The position numbers were made by a program, and so were the translations under genes. The notes beneath the pieces are model-generated. The model saw only the letters and a program-made list of their open reading frames with translations, had not been told where the DNA came from and ran no database searches. A stretch of DNA of 64,000 nt. Origin: Nitrospira sp. (GTDB lineage Bacteria > Nitrospirota > Nitrospiria > Nitrospirales > Nitrospiraceae). Location: NCBI GenBank assembly GCA_047150005.1, contig AP038806.1, positions 320,001-384,000 on the forward strand, given 5' to 3'. Positions 1 to 11,916 of this stretch are shown here, piece after piece; position 1 is the stretch's first letter, and every line of letters begins with the position of its first letter.

Positions 1-2652
1 CTTGAGGCTCTTGCCGAGCATCGTTTTCATCGCGAGCTTGGCCAAGGGAACTCCGATGGCTTTGCTCACAAAGGGAACCGTACGCGACCCTCTGGGATTG
101 ACCTCCAGGACGTAAATCCGATCTTCCTTCACGGCGAACTGGGCATTCATTAAGCCGACGACCCCGAGTTCCAAGGCTAGCGCCGTCATCTGACGGCGAA
201 TCTCCTCTACGATCGATTCGGTGAGGGAATACGGCGGCAGCGAGCAGGCTGAATCACCGGAATGGACTCCGGCTTCTTCAATGTGTTCCATAATCCCGGC
301 GACCACCACGTTCGTGCCGTCGGAGATGGCGTCGGCATCGACCTCGATCGCGTCGGACAGATACTTGTCGATAAGAACCGGGTGCTTGGGCGAAGCCTTG
401 ACGGCAGAGGCCATGTAGGCCAGCAGCCCTGGTTCGTCATAGACGATCTGCATTGATCGGCCGCCCAGGACGTATGACGGCCGGACCATGACCGGATAAC
501 TGATCTCCGAGGCCACGCGAACCGCTTCGTCTACGGACCGGGCAATCCCGCTCTCAGCCTGACAGAGACCAAGCTTGTTGAGCAGGTCTCGAAAGCGCTC
601 GCGATCCTCGGCTCGATCAATGGCGTCCGGACTCGTCCCCAGGATGCGCACACCGGCTTTTGACAGGGGCAGTGCCAGTTTCAACGGAGTCTGCCCGCCG
701 AACTGAAGCACGACGCCGAGCGGCTCCTCGCAATTCACGATGTTGAGCACGTCTTCCTCGGTCAACGGCTCGAAATACAGGCGATCCGACGTATCATAGT
801 CCGTGCTGACGGTCTCCGGATTGCAGTTCACCATGATGGTTTCGACGCCTTCATCCCAGAGCGCCATAGCCGCATGCACACAACAATAGTCGAACTCGAT
901 CCCTTGACCGATTCGATTCGGTCCGCCGCCCAGGATCATGATTTTCTTGCGGTCGGTGGGACGGGCCTCGCATTCCACTCCGTAGGTCGAATAAAGATAC
1001 GGCGTCTGCGCTTCGAACTCGGCCGCACAGGTATCGACCCGCTTGTACGTGACTCCGCGCCCCCATCGACTCCGTTGAGCGCGGACCGCGGAGACCGGGA
1101 CACCGGTCAATTGCCCGACACGCTCATCGGAAAAGCCCAACGCTTTGGCCCGGCGTAGGATGTCGTCTTCGATCACCTCGGCTGCCGATCCGACCTGAGC
1201 GGTAAGCGACGATTCGAATCGGATCAGGTCCCGCAGTTGTTCAAGGAACCAGGGATCGATTTTGGTGAGAGCGAACAACTCCTCGTTCGTCAAACCGAGA
1301 CGGATGGCATCCGCAACTTGCCACATCCGTTCGGGAACCGGCGTTCGCAGCTGCCGGCGAATGTGCTCGATCGCCTCGCCTCGGTCAAACCCTTCGGGAA
1401 TCCCCCGATCCAGCCCCAGGCGAGACGCCAGTCCGCTGAGTTCCAATTCCAAAGAACGAATGGCCTTCTGCAAGGACTCCTTGAAGGTTCGGCCGATCGC
1501 CATGACCTCTCCCACCGACTTCATCTGTGTGGTCAGAGTCGGATCGGCTCCCTTGAACTTCTGGAACGCGAACCGAGGAATCTTCACCACGACGTAGTCG
1601 ATGGTCGGCTCGAAGGAGGCCTTGGTCACCCCGGTGATGTCGTTGGTGATTTCGTCCAGCGTATATCCCACCGCCAGCTTGGCGGCGATCTTGGCGATTG
1701 GAAACCCCGTGGCCTTCGAGGCCAACGCGGAACTCCGCGAGACTCGGGGATTCATTTCGATCACCACCATGGCGCCGTTGTCCGGATTGATGCCGAACTG
1801 AATGTTGGAACCGCCCGTATCCACACCGATCTCGCGGATGATCCGCACGGCGGCGTCCCTCATGCGCTGGTATTCCTTGTCGGTCAAGGTCATGGTCGGC
1901 GCCACGGTAATGCTGTCGCCCGTATGAACACCCATGGGATCAAAATTCTCGATCGGACAGACGATCACCACGTTGTCCTTGAGGTCCCGCATGACCTCCA
2001 GTTCATATTCCTTCCATCCAATGAGGGATTGCTCGATGAGCACCTGTCCCACCGGGCTCATCGCCAGAGCCCACTCAATGAGCTTTTCAAACTCCTCCCG
2101 GTTGTAGGCGATGTTCCCCCCCGTTCCCCCCATGGTGAACGACGGACGGATAATGGCGGGAAACCCGACCGAGTCCAAGACACGGACGGCGTCCTCGCGA
2201 CTGTGAGCGGTTCCGCTCTCCGGAACCCGCAGTCCTATTCGTTGCATCGCCTGCTTGAACGCATCCCGGTCTTCGGCCTTGTGAATCGCCTCGGCCGAGG
2301 CGCCGATGAGCTTGACTCCGAATTTCTCCAGCGTCCCCCGCTTGAACAGGCCCATCGTGATGTTCAATGCCGTCTGTCCGCCCATGGTCGGCAGCAGCGC
2401 ATCGGGCCGTTCCCGTTCAATGACTTTCTCGACGACGTCCACGGTAATCGGCTCGATGTACGTCCGGTCAGCCAGTTCGGGGTCGGTCATGATGGTGGCC
2501 GGGTTGCTGTTGATGAGGACGACTCGAAATCCTTCCTCCTTCAGCGCCTTGCAGGCCTGGGTTCCCGAATAGTCGAATTCGCAGGCTTGTCCGATCACGA
2601 TCGGACCCGATCCGATCAGTAGCACCGTGCGGATGTCGGTACGTTTCGGCAT
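1..2652 (-). CDS. carB: Carbamoyl-phosphate synthase large subunit (3' end runs off the window)
   Basis: Manual translation from ATG at 2652 gives [34 protein letters not shown]. The second ATP-grasp half motif [12 protein letters not shown] near 486 is in the same frame. It is absent from the ORF track because there is no stop in the window. Confidence 0.97.
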   Translation of the reverse strand, partial: MPKRTDIRTVLLIGSGPIVIGQACEFDYSGTQACKALKEEGFRVVLINSNPATIMTDPELADRTYIEPITVDVVEKVIERERPDALLPTMGGQTALNITMGLFKRGTLEKFGVKLIGASAEAIHKAEDRDAFKQAMQRIGLRVPESGTAHSREDAVRVLDSVGFPAIIRPSFTMGGTGGNIAYNREEFEKLIEWALAMSPVGQVLIEQSLIGWKEYELEVMRDLKDNVVIVCPIENFDPMGVHTGDSITVAPTMTLTDKEYQRMRDAAVRIIREIGVDTGGSNIQFGINPDNGAMVVIEMNPRVSRSSALASKATGFPIAKIAAKLAVGYTLDEITNDITGVTKASFEPTIDYVVVKIPRFAFQKFKGADPTLTTQMKSVGEVMAIGRTFKESLQKAIRSLELELSGLASRLGLDRGIPEGFDRGEAIEHIRRQLRTPVPERMWQVADAIRLGLTNEELFALTKIDPWFLEQLRDLIRFESSLTAQVGSAAEVIEDDILRRAKALGFSDERVGQLTGVPVSAVRAQRSRWGRGVTYKRVDTCAAEFEAQTPYLYSTYGVECEARPTDRKKIMILGGGPNRIGQGIEFDYCCVHAAMALWDEGVETIMVNCNPETVSTDYDTSDRLYFEPLTEEDVLNIVNCEEPLGVVLQFGGQTPLKLALPLSKAGVRILGTSPDAIDRAEDRERFRDLLNKLGLCQAESGIARSVDEAVRVASEISYPVMVRPSYVLGGRSMQIVYDEPGLLAYMASAVKASPKHPVLIDKYLSDAIEVDADAISDGTNVVVAGIMEHIEEAGVHSGDSACSLPPYSLTESIVEEIRRQMTALALELGVVGLMNAQFAVKEDRIYVLEVNPRGSRTVPFVSKAIGVPLAKLAMKTMLGKSLK

Positions 2653-2660
2653 ATCAGCGG

Positions 2661-3644
2661 TCAGCTGGTTTTCGGCATCGGACCGATGGAAGGTTTATAG
2701 GGCGCGGGAGCCGGCGTCGTCTTTCCGGTCGCTCCATGGTAGTACTGCATGGTCTCAGGCAGCCATGCTTCGATTTGGTTCATCCGGGTGACGTCGGACG
2801 GATGTGTCGAAAGAAATTCTGGAATCGCGTGCTGGGACCGGAAGCAGAGTTTGTCGATCATCTGCCTGGGACATCCGCTCATCCGTTCCCAGAAAGGCAC
2901 CGCTTCATGCGGATCGTATCCTGCCTGCGCCATCAGCCTCAGGCCGATATAGTCGGCCTCCGATTCCTGCTTGCGGTTGAACGGCAACGACACGTTGACG
3001 CCATAGGCACCGAGCAATCCTTGGATCGCCGCACCGCTGGAATGACCGGACGCTGCCGCGCCCAATGCGCCCAGCTGGGCAATCTGGTCGATGATGCTCC
3101 GGCTCATGCGCTCGACGCCGTGCCGCTGCAAGGCGTGGGCGATTTCGTGCCCCATCACGGTCGCCATACCGGCATCATTCTTGGTGTGTTTCAAGATGCC
3201 GGTAAACACGGCCACCTTGCCCCCGGGAAGACAAAAGGCGTTCACCATCTTGTCATCATCGATGAGGGCAAACTCCCATTGGTATTCAGGCTTGTTCGTC
3301 ACTTCGGCGATTTTTTTCCCCACCCGCTGCACCAAGTCGTTCTTGTCGGGATCGTCGCTCAACCGCGCCTGCCGCAGGACCTCGCGATACGCGCTGAGCC
3401 CGAACTCCAACTCCTTTTCCTCCGAAAAGAAGATGAGCTGATCGCGCGCGGTGCCCGGTGCTCGATAGCAGCCGCTCAGGCTGCCCATGAGGCCGGTCAA
3501 GGCGCCCATGCCCAGTGCTGCACACAGTCCCATCGCTCCGCGCATGCCCAGCGCCAGCATGGCTCGACGACCCACCGTCGCGGCGAGCGCCCGCTCAACC
3601 GATTTTCCTAGGCATTCCATGCCCTGAGTCTGTAACGTCCCCAT
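2661..3644 (-). CDS. M48-family zinc metallopeptidase, probable lipoprotein
   Basis: Motifs [22 protein letters not shown] and FLSTHP; lipobox-like LSGC. Start placed at the ATG just after the sppA stop; the longer ORF to 3758 overlaps sppA. Confidence 0.9.
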   Translation of the reverse strand: MGTLQTQGMECLGKSVERALAATVGRRAMLALGMRGAMGLCAALGMGALTGLMGSLSGCYRAPGTARDQLIFFSEEKELEFGLSAYREVLRQARLSDDPDKNDLVQRVGKKIAEVTNKPEYQWEFALIDDDKMVNAFCLPGGKVAVFTGILKHTKNDAGMATVMGHEIAHALQRHGVERMSRSIIDQIAQLGALGAAASGHSSGAAIQGLLGAYGVNVSLPFNRKQESEADYIGLRLMAQAGYDPHEAVPFWERMSGCPRQMIDKLCFRSQHAIPEFLSTHPSDVTRMNQIEAWLPETMQYYHGATGKTTPAPAPYKPSIGPMPKTS

Positions 3645-3651
3645 CGGATCG

Positions 3652-4626
3652 TCACGGCATCCACAGATACATGAATTGCGGCGTCCCTCCCCGCACCATG
3701 GACAGCAGATCGATGTTGGCCAGACTTGCCAAGCCCGATCCGGTCCCCTGCAAGGCATGGGAGTAGATGTTGTTCTGGTACTCTCCAGGGCGCCGATACG
3801 TGACGACCCGCGCCTCCTTCAATCCGGCTTTCCTCTTGGCCTGCTCGATGGCTTCCTCCAGGTAGCCGATGTCGTCGACTAAGCCCACCGCTTTCGCCTG
3901 CTCCCCGGAATAGATCCGCCCGTCAGCCAATTTCTTGATCTGGTCCGCTGAAAGATCCGGCCGGCCTTCCTGGACCACCGTCAGGAACCGCTGATAGAAT
4001 GAATCGATCACGCCCTGAAAGATGGCCTTTTCCTCCGCGGTCATCACGCGGAAGGGAGATCCCATGTCCTTCCTGGGACCGGACGTGATGGCATTGGCTT
4101 CCACGCCCACCTTCTCCAACAATCCCCGGGCGTTGACCGTGAGCATGATCACCCCGATGCTGCCCGTCACCGTCGAGGGATGCACCAGCACGGAATCACC
4201 GGCCATCGCCAAGTAGTACCCTCCCGACGCCGCGACATCCATCATGGAGATTACGACCGGAACTCGCTTGGTCGCTTTGAACGTCTTGAGTTCATGATAC
4301 AGGATGTCCGACGCCGTGACCGTGCCTCCGGGGCTGTTGATCCGCACGACCACCGCTTTGACCTTGTCGTCCTTCGATGCTCGGGACAGCTCTTCTTTAA
4401 ACGTCGCCAGCATGTTGGGCTGAGGGATCAACCCGTCCCGATCTTGCGATCCGATGACTCCGGACAGATCGAGCAACAGCACTTTCGCATCGCCCTTCCC
4501 GCTCACGACCGTCTCCTGTACCGGACCAGGCGGTTGGATGAGGTTCACGGTGATGCAGCTTGTCAGGAGCAGCGTCGCTCCCGCGATACAGGAACAGGCA
4601 AGGATCTGATAGATCTTATGAGTCAT
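3652..4626 (-). CDS. sppA: Signal peptide peptidase SppA (S49 family), probable lipoprotein
   Basis: Motifs [27 protein letters not shown]; lipobox LTSC. The ATG at 4626 overlaps the end of carA. Confidence 0.92.
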   Translation of the reverse strand: MTHKIYQILACSCIAGATLLLTSCITVNLIQPPGPVQETVVSGKGDAKVLLLDLSGVIGSQDRDGLIPQPNMLATFKEELSRASKDDKVKAVVVRINSPGGTVTASDILYHELKTFKATKRVPVVISMMDVAASGGYYLAMAGDSVLVHPSTVTGSIGVIMLTVNARGLLEKVGVEANAITSGPRKDMGSPFRVMTAEEKAIFQGVIDSFYQRFLTVVQEGRPDLSADQIKKLADGRIYSGEQAKAVGLVDDIGYLEEAIEQAKRKAGLKEARVVTYRRPGEYQNNIYSHALQGTGSGLASLANIDLLSMVRGGTPQFMYLWMP

Positions 4627-5791
4627 ACAATTTCTCCATGACGCCGACAAAATCCGTAAACAAGTAGGCCGAATCATGCGGCCCGGGAGACGCTTCCGGA
4701 TGGTATTGTACAGAAAAGACCGGCTGGTCCACACAGGCAAGTCCTTCGACCGACTGATCGTTCAAACTCACATGGGTCACGGCCACTCTGCCGAATGCGG
4801 TCTCGACCAGCGGCGGAGTTTCCGGGATCGTAGAGGCAACACCCTCGGCCTGAACGGCAAAATTGTGGTTTTGAGAGGTAATCTCGACCTTTCGCGTGCG
4901 CAGGTCCATCACCGGATGATTCGCCCCATGGTGGCCGAACTTCAGTTTGTAGGTCTTGAGCCCCATGGCCAGACCAAGGATCTGGTGCCCCAGACAGATT
5001 CCGAAAATCGGCCGACGCCCGATCAAGCTCTTGACCGCCTCGATGGCATAGGGAACCCCTTCGGGATCGCCGGGACCGTTCGACAAGAAGATCCCGTCCG
5101 GTTCGAGCGCCTCGACATCCTTCGCCGTCGTCGAGGCCGGAACCACCGTCACATCGCATCCGACGTCGACAAGACGTCTCAGAATATTCTGCTTCACGCC
5201 GAAATCATAGGCAACCACCTTCCACCGCCGGCGCGACTTGGTCCGGGGATCGTCGAATGACGGCGTCCACTCGCCAGACCCATGCGACCATTGATAAGCC
5301 TGGGCACAGGTCACGGCTGCAGCCAGATCGACTCCTACAATACCGGGGGCCTGTTTGGCTTTTTCGACCGCGGCCGCTTCACTGACCGCGCCGTGAGTAA
5401 TCACGCCGGGCTGCGAACCGTATTGCCTCAAGTGTCTGGTCAAGGCACGGGTGTCGAGTCCTTCGATCGCGACGAGCTTCGCGGCCTCCAGGTATTCATG
5501 GAGTTGGTGACGGCTGCGCCAATTGCTGGTGAGGCCACTTCCCTCCTTGATAACGAAACCCTCCGCCCAGACTCGACGTGACTCGACATCTTCAGGCGTC
5601 AGGCCGTAATTTCCGATGTGCGGAGACGTCATCGTGATGATCTGCCCTTTGTATGAAGGGTCGGTCAACACCTCTTGATAGCCGGTCATCGCCGTGTTGA
5701 ACACCACCTCGCCGACGGTTTCCCCTTCATACCCGAGGGCTTCTCCTTCGAACACCGCTCCATCCGCCAAGGCCAATAACGCCCTGCTCAT
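4616..5791 (-). CDS. carA: Carbamoyl-phosphate synthase small subunit
   Basis: [48 protein letters not shown]. Confidence 0.98.
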   Translation of the reverse strand: MSRALLALADGAVFEGEALGYEGETVGEVVFNTAMTGYQEVLTDPSYKGQIITMTSPHIGNYGLTPEDVESRRVWAEGFVIKEGSGLTSNWRSRHQLHEYLEAAKLVAIEGLDTRALTRHLRQYGSQPGVITHGAVSEAAAVEKAKQAPGIVGVDLAAAVTCAQAYQWSHGSGEWTPSFDDPRTKSRRRWKVVAYDFGVKQNILRRLVDVGCDVTVVPASTTAKDVEALEPDGIFLSNGPGDPEGVPYAIEAVKSLIGRRPIFGICLGHQILGLAMGLKTYKLKFGHHGANHPVMDLRTRKVEITSQNHNFAVQAEGVASTIPETPPLVETAFGRVAVTHVSLNDQSVEGLACVDQPVFSVQYHPEASPGPHDSAYLFTDFVGVMEKLYDS

Positions 5792-6414
5792 GAATGTGGC
5801 TCCCGTCTGGATACCGGCCGTGTGCCTTTCATGGTCAGAAGCGCGATCCCCAGAACCATGTTCACCATGTAGAGAGAACGAACCGGCATATGCAACCGGA
5901 AAAACGCCTCGAACGCGGCCTTCCTGGCCTGTTCATCCTTCGCGGCAAAAGCCTCCGCCTGGAGCGCCGCCGCTTGAGGATGGAGCACCAGGACGATCAT
6001 GCCCAAGAAAATCCCCATCAGCGCCAGCAGCACGATTTCGCTTCGGCTCACACTGACCGCCGGATGACCGCTCCATTGACGAAAGACCGCCGCAACCGCT
6101 AGAACGATCAAGGCCACCACGGCCAACCGGTTGTAGCTCTCAAACGCCCGGGTGAGCAGAAATCCTCCCGAATCTTGGCCTCCCAGCGTATTGAACACCG
6201 CCGGGATGACCGCGCCGATCAAGACGATCAATCCGCCGACCCAGGTCGCCAGTGCGAGCAACTCCAACGTCAGTCCGCACAGCAACCCCCAATGCGTCCA
6301 CCGATTCACCGTGCCGACCGGCTGCTGAACGTCCCGCCGAGGCGCACCCCACCAACCCTGTTCGCCAGACGTGCGATCCGACTGTAGGGAGGCCGGCTGC
6401 CATCGGTGCCGCAC
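5788..6414 (-). CDS. DUF4149/TMEM205-like membrane protein (start uncertain, possibly GTG at 6309)
   Basis: Four hydrophobic segments, WVGG...AVIPAVF and F..LH patterns; stop overlaps the carA start (ATGA). Confidence 0.7.
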   Translation of the reverse strand: MRHRWQPASLQSDRTSGEQGWWGAPRRDVQQPVGTVNRWTHWGLLCGLTLELLALATWVGGLIVLIGAVIPAVFNTLGGQDSGGFLLTRAFESYNRLAVVALIVLAVAAVFRQWSGHPAVSVSRSEIVLLALMGIFLGMIVLVLHPQAAALQAEAFAAKDEQARKAAFEAFFRLHMPVRSLYMVNMVLGIALLTMKGTRPVSRREPHS

Positions 6415-6454
6415 ACCGCTGAAGAGCCTGGATCATCGGTCATCGCGCAGACCG

Positions 6455-7750
6455 TCATCCACCGACGATCGACCGCTCTGTCGCCTCGAACACGACCTTG
6501 CCCCCCACGATGGTCGTGCACACGCGGCCCTTCAACTTCCAACCGGCAAAAGGAGTATTCCGGCTTTTCGAGCGGAACTTGGCCGGATCCACTTCCCACT
6601 GTGCGTGAGCATCAACGATCGTCACATCGGCATCGGCCCCGACCCCCAGCGACCCTTTCTTGAGGCCGAATGCGGCCGCCGGGCCGGTGCTGAGCTTGGC
6701 AACGGCCGCTTCGAGCGTCAGTACCCCCTCATCGACCAGCGCCAACGTCAAGGACAAGGCGGTTTCCAATCCGACGATGCCGAACGGGGCTTCCGTGAAC
6801 CCCTGCTGTTTCTCCTGCGGGGCGTGCGGGGCGTGATCCGTCGCGATGACATCGATCGTGCCGTCGCGCAAGCCCTGTTTGATCGCTTGGACGTCTCTCC
6901 ACGTTCGGAGGGGAGGATTCATCTTCGCACAGGTGTCATACCCGCGGACAGCCTCCTCGGTGATGGTAAAGTGATGCGGACAGGCTTCCGCAGTCACGTG
7001 AATCCCGCGCGATTTGGCTTCACGCACCATGCGGACAGACCCTTCTGTACTGACATGAGCCAGATGCAGCCGCGCGCCGGTCAACTCGGCCAACGCGACA
7101 TTCCTGGCGACCATGACATCTTCTGCCGCCGAGGGAATGCCGGGCAGTCCCAGCTCGGTGGAAATGAGCCCCTCGTTCATGCAGCCGCCTTCGGCCAGAT
7201 GGAGATCTTCGCAGTGATCCACAACCGGAATGTCGAACGCCAAGGCGTATTCCATCGCTCGCCGCATGACCAGGCTATTCATCACGGGTTTCCCGTCGTC
7301 CGAAATCGCCACACAGCCTGCACGCCGCAAATCGCCGATTTCCGCCAGCTCCTTCCCCTCCGAGCCCTTGGTGATGGCCCCGATCGGCAACACGTTGGCC
7401 AACCCGGCCGATCTCGCTCGCTCCAGCATGAACTCCGTAATGGCTTGATTGTCGTTGACCGGATTCGTGTTGGGCATGCAACACACGGTGGTAAATCCGC
7501 CGGCCACGGCCGAGGTCGCCCCGCTTTGGATGGTTTCCTTGTACTCAAAGCCGGGCTCCCGAAAATGCACATGAAGGTCTACGAATCCGGGAACCACCAG
7601 CCGCCCCTTCGCGGAAATCCTCGTCGCATGGGACGGAGCCTCGACCGTCGAGCCCACCGCGGCGATACGTCCCTGGTCGATCAAGACCTCGCCGACGCCG
7701 TTGAATCGTCCGGGATCGATGATATGTCCTCCGGTGATCAATATGGCCAC
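6455..7750 (-). CDS. pyrC: Dihydroorotase
   Basis: PGFVDLHVHFREPG, MPNTNP, KMNPPLR, ATDHAPH. GTG start at 7750 preceded by AAGGAG. Confidence 0.96.
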   Translation of the reverse strand: MAILITGGHIIDPGRFNGVGEVLIDQGRIAAVGSTVEAPSHATRISAKGRLVVPGFVDLHVHFREPGFEYKETIQSGATSAVAGGFTTVCCMPNTNPVNDNQAITEFMLERARSAGLANVLPIGAITKGSEGKELAEIGDLRRAGCVAISDDGKPVMNSLVMRRAMEYALAFDIPVVDHCEDLHLAEGGCMNEGLISTELGLPGIPSAAEDVMVARNVALAELTGARLHLAHVSTEGSVRMVREAKSRGIHVTAEACPHHFTITEEAVRGYDTCAKMNPPLRTWRDVQAIKQGLRDGTIDVIATDHAPHAPQEKQQGFTEAPFGIVGLETALSLTLALVDEGVLTLEAAVAKLSTGPAAAFGLKKGSLGVGADADVTIVDAHAQWEVDPAKFRSKSRNTPFAGWKLKGRVCTTIVGGKVVFEATERSIVGG

Positions 7751-7821
7751 GTGATTCTCCTTAACTTTTCCACCAGGACACGTTGTGCTGATTCTCGTAT
7801 CTCGTGCGTCATCCGCAAAGA

Positions 7822-7912
7822 AGAGCATATGGCGCATGGCTTATGGCAGTTCCATAAACATGGAGGAGCCATATGTCTTTGTTCGTGCCATCAGCCATAA
7901 GCTACATGCTCT
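7822..7912. repeat. Intergenic inverted array of degenerate 7-bp repeats (hairpin)
   Basis: Left arm gcatATG GcgcATG GcttATG Gc; right arm gCCATca gCCATaa gCTACat gctct is complementary to it. Confidence 0.6.
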
Positions 7913-7931
7913 GTTCCCAACAGTTCCCCCG

Positions 7932-8852
7932 CTAGTTCGTTCCCGACACTAAATAGAGGATACCCATCCGAACCGCCACCCCGTTCGCTACCTGATCCAG
8001 AATGACCGACGAGAGACTGTCGGCGACCTCCGGGGCAATCTCCACGCCGCGATTGATCGGACCGGGGTGCATGACGATCGCGCCCGGATCAGCCAGCTTG
8101 ACCCGTTCTCCCGTCAAACCGTAGAGCCTCGCGTATTCGCGGATCGTGGGGAACAGCGCCCGCCCCTGTCGCTCCAGTTGCAATCTCAACATCATGATCA
8201 CCTGCACACCGGCGAGCCCTTCGTCCAAATTGCGGTAAACCCGCGCCCCCAGCCGCTCCACTCCCCAGGGCATCATGGTCGGGGGGCCGATGAGCCGTAC
8301 CTCCGCCCCTAGTTTCGACAGCGCGTAGATGTTGGAACGAGCGACTCGGCTGTGGGCCACATCGCCGACGATCGCGACCTTGAGGCCCTCGAACGACAGT
8401 CCCCGCTGGCGGATGGTGTACAGATCGAGCAGCGCCTGAGTCGGATGTTCATGCCATCCGTCGCCCGCGTTGATCACTGATGATTTCACCCCGCGCGCAA
8501 GCGCTTCGGCCGCGCCGGCGGACGGATGGCGCAGGACGATGATGTCCGCCTGCATCGCCTCGATGTTGCGCGCGGTATCCAGCAGGGTTTCGCCTTTGAC
8601 CACGCTGCTCGACGAGGGAGAAAAATTGATGACGTCCGCGCTGAGCCGTTTCGCCGCCAGTTCAAACGAGGTCCTCGTTCTCGTGCTGGGTTCAAAGAAC
8701 AGATTGACGACGGTCCGCCCCCGCAGAGCGGGGACTTTCTTGATCTCTCGTCCGGTCACTTCCTTGAAGGAATCGGCCGTGTCGAGAACAAGCGTGATCT
8801 CCTCGACCGACAAGGGCGCCAGACTGAGCAAGTCCTTGCGCTTAAGGCTCAT
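7932..8852 (-). CDS. pyrB: Aspartate carbamoyltransferase catalytic subunit
   Basis: [38 protein letters not shown]. Confidence 0.98.
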   Translation of the reverse strand: MSLKRKDLLSLAPLSVEEITLVLDTADSFKEVTGREIKKVPALRGRTVVNLFFEPSTRTRTSFELAAKRLSADVINFSPSSSSVVKGETLLDTARNIEAMQADIIVLRHPSAGAAEALARGVKSSVINAGDGWHEHPTQALLDLYTIRQRGLSFEGLKVAIVGDVAHSRVARSNIYALSKLGAEVRLIGPPTMMPWGVERLGARVYRNLDEGLAGVQVIMMLRLQLERQGRALFPTIREYARLYGLTGERVKLADPGAIVMHPGPINRGVEIAPEVADSLSSVILDQVANGVAVRMGILYLVSGTN

Positions 8853-8927
8853 ACATCCCTCCTACACGGGAATGCGTCACAGCCCCACGATTCCATCTTC
8901 ACCTGCGATCGATCCTGTACCAGATTC

Positions 8928-9636
<709 letters not shown>

Positions 9637-9643
9637 AGGGCAT

Positions 9644-9677
9644 AAAAAAACCTCCCCGCCAGAATGTGGCGAGAAGG
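9644..9677 (-). terminator. Attenuator terminator of the pyr leader
   Basis: Minus-strand RNA CCUUCUCGCCA-CAUUC-UGGCGGGGAGG (11-bp stem with G-U pairs) followed by seven U. Confidence 0.85.
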
Positions 9678-9725
9678 CCTCAAGATCTCGACCGGCACAG
9701 GCCGGGTTCTGGTTCATGTCCTGCT

Positions 9726-9757
9726 CCTTGCCCACCTCGCGGGATGAGCATTAAAGG
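9726..9757 (-). ncRNA. PyrR binding loop (cis-regulatory RNA)
   Basis: RNA CCUUUAA-UGCUCAUC-CCGCGA-GGUGGGCA-AGG has the UUUAA motif, an 8-bp stem and a CNGNGA hexaloop. It lies upstream of the terminator and pyrR. Confidence 0.88.
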
Positions 9758-9764
9758 TTAAGGC

Positions 9765-9794
9765 ATCTTAGCGAGCTTCGCGGAACACTGTCAA
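9765..9794 (-). promoter_or_regulatory. sigma70 promoter of the pyr operon
   Basis: TTGACA-18 nt-TAAGAT, ending 7 nt before the PyrR loop. Confidence 0.75.
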
Positions 9795-9808
9795 GCCGAT
9801 GGATAGTC

Positions 9809-9907
9809 TCACGGATGCTTCAATTCCTCCAGCGCACATTGCTTCGACAACAACACCGGCACGATGATGCCGATGGAATCCCCGCGTCCGATGGTCGTCG
9901 GTTTCAT
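9809..9907 (-). pseudogene. Possible relic of an S66 LD-carboxypeptidase 5' end
   Basis: MKPTTIGRGDSIGIIVP resembles the S66 N-terminus (KP..L..GD.IGI.AP); a shifted frame continues AGVVVEAMCAGGIEA. Confidence 0.25.
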
Positions 9908-10082
9908 GAGCTGCAACAGAAAATTGGTCGTGAATGCTTCGTACGCTCGGGACAATGATGGGAATGATTCGGCAGGACCTTTATTCTCAGGCCTACATGC
10001 TTGGGATAAGCGGAACTGGATCGGAGTGGACCTCATTCATGCTCAGACTTCCCCCGAAGTTTCGACGAAGCATTGTCGTCCC

Positions 10083-11867
10083 TCATGCCTTGCTGACATG
10101 ATACAGAGTCAACCCCGGCTTGAGTTTCGCCCTGGGAAGGATGTTTCGGTGCATTCGGAACGGCGGCAAGGTCTCCACCGGTTCCTGCCAGGCAAGCCTG
10201 AATCCCCATGAACGCCAGGACACCCCAAGGTCCTCTGGCCCTGTCACGAAGGCGTGTCCTCCGGTACGGAGCGCCGCGCCGAGTTCGCCGACGGACACCG
10301 CAAGAAGGTCCCGATCTGTGCCGAGGGCATAAGGAATCCAGACATAGGCCAGGTCATGGGAACCGGGCGCCGGCTGATCCGCCTGGTCGCCGCCCGCGAC
10401 CCGCAGCTTGATCCCTGCAAGCCAATCCCATCGCGTTAAGCTGGCGCAGATCGTCCACAATTGTTGCGCCTGCTTCTGTGCAAGCGCCGGAACGCTGACC
10501 CGCACCGTGTAACTCCGCGGCCGATCGAACGCCACACAGGTGGCGATGACTGCATCACCGTTGACGATGAGGATGCGTTGGGCTTCGGCAAGGATCCTTC
10601 CGATCTCACGATCCTGTTGGGCCGAGTCTTGGATGTAGTCCGCGACAAATGGCTGTGCGGCAAGCTCGTCGATCTCCATGTCGTCTTCGGGGTAGAACAG
10701 CACGGCCCCATAGGCGTCGTGCGGAGTGATCGGGGGTACCGCTGGAACAAAGAGCGATCGCCAATCGACCGGACTGATCGCCGTTTCGATCACAGGTTGT
10801 TCTCGGTGACCTTCCGGCAAGGGGACCCGCAACACCGACTTGCGATGCCGGTCCCGGAGGATCACGCATCCTTCGGCGACGTAGACCAGACGATCGCACG
10901 GGCTCACTCCGCTTGCGTTCGGGTTCACATACGGCAATCCGGCGGGATCGTCGACAAGCGTCACCTTCTGCAGCAAGTCCCCTTTGAAGGTCAGGCAACA
11001 GTCGTGCGCCGCGTCGAAATATCGCAGCGGCGGCGACGGCGACGGAAACCACTGCACCTCATGGGCGTGCGCCTGATCCATGAAGACGGTATGGACGTCG
11101 CGGTGTCCGGACACCTGTGGAGTGAAATACGAGCTGAACAATCGAAAGGCGGCTTCGGAAGGATAGGTGGGTATCCCCCGATAGCGGAGTGCAGTGGGAG
11201 CCGACCGAGTCTGGTGCTGATCGTCGTAGAGTCCGCGGATCAATTCGAACGCGGCCGATCCGGTGCCGGGCAGCAGCGACTTGAAGAGCTCGACCACCGG
11301 CAGAAAGTCGATATTGGCCCAATTCATGGCGCCCATGCAGGACATGAAGCGTCCGCCGGAGAAATCCCCCTCTTCGAGTTGGTAGAACGCGTCCTTCCGA
11401 TGTCGGATCCTGGCGATTCCGATCCTGTCTATGGACAAATCTTCGTCTCGATAGAACCAGCGGACTTCCTCAACGGGCACCTGCAGGGCCTGCGCGGCCA
11501 TGCCCCGTAGATCATCGGGAGTGAGCCGCTGCCAGCCCGGCCTCGTGGCGAGGTTCAACCTCGTCTCGTTTACCAGCCCGGCGGGCTTGATGCCGACCCA
11601 CGCTCCCCAGTCCAGCCGGATCCTGGCGCGCAGGAGCGTGGGCATCCCCTCCGCATCCTGGCCCCATTCACACTCGTGGAGAGGGTGCCCCGCCGGGTCC
11701 GTCGCGAGAAATCGGCGGCCATCAGGGCGGTAGAAGACCAGATGCTCCGTGGGTCCGCGGACAACCGACCCTCCGGCCCGCTCAAAGTCGCCAACGAAAG
11801 AACGATTGGCGTGAAATCGAAGATGACCGGGAGTCTCGAGCGCGACAAGGACGGGATCGGCAGACAT
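10083..11867 (-). CDS. Hypothetical protein, 594 aa; C-terminus weakly resembles a class I methyltransferase fold
   Basis: Long ORF co-oriented with and directly downstream of proA; HDLAYVW...LRTGGHAFV pattern near the C-terminus. Confidence 0.75.
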   Translation of the reverse strand: MSADPVLVALETPGHLRFHANRSFVGDFERAGGSVVRGPTEHLVFYRPDGRRFLATDPAGHPLHECEWGQDAEGMPTLLRARIRLDWGAWVGIKPAGLVNETRLNLATRPGWQRLTPDDLRGMAAQALQVPVEEVRWFYRDEDLSIDRIGIARIRHRKDAFYQLEEGDFSGGRFMSCMGAMNWANIDFLPVVELFKSLLPGTGSAAFELIRGLYDDQHQTRSAPTALRYRGIPTYPSEAAFRLFSSYFTPQVSGHRDVHTVFMDQAHAHEVQWFPSPSPPLRYFDAAHDCCLTFKGDLLQKVTLVDDPAGLPYVNPNASGVSPCDRLVYVAEGCVILRDRHRKSVLRVPLPEGHREQPVIETAISPVDWRSLFVPAVPPITPHDAYGAVLFYPEDDMEIDELAAQPFVADYIQDSAQQDREIGRILAEAQRILIVNGDAVIATCVAFDRPRSYTVRVSVPALAQKQAQQLWTICASLTRWDWLAGIKLRVAGGDQADQPAPGSHDLAYVWIPYALGTDRDLLAVSVGELGAALRTGGHAFVTGPEDLGVSWRSWGFRLAWQEPVETLPPFRMHRNILPRAKLKPGLTLYHVSKA

Positions 11868-11916
11868 CTAACAGTTTACGGAAAGAATCACTGTGACATC
11901 CTTTTTCAGCATTCTG

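Noticed and set aside
1237..2622. 461-aa plus-strand ORF, and similar ORFs at 6371-7900, 8526-9491, 10461-11510 and 12906-14006
   Set aside because: Antisense shadows of carB, pyrC, pyrB/pyrR and other GC-rich genes; no family motifs.
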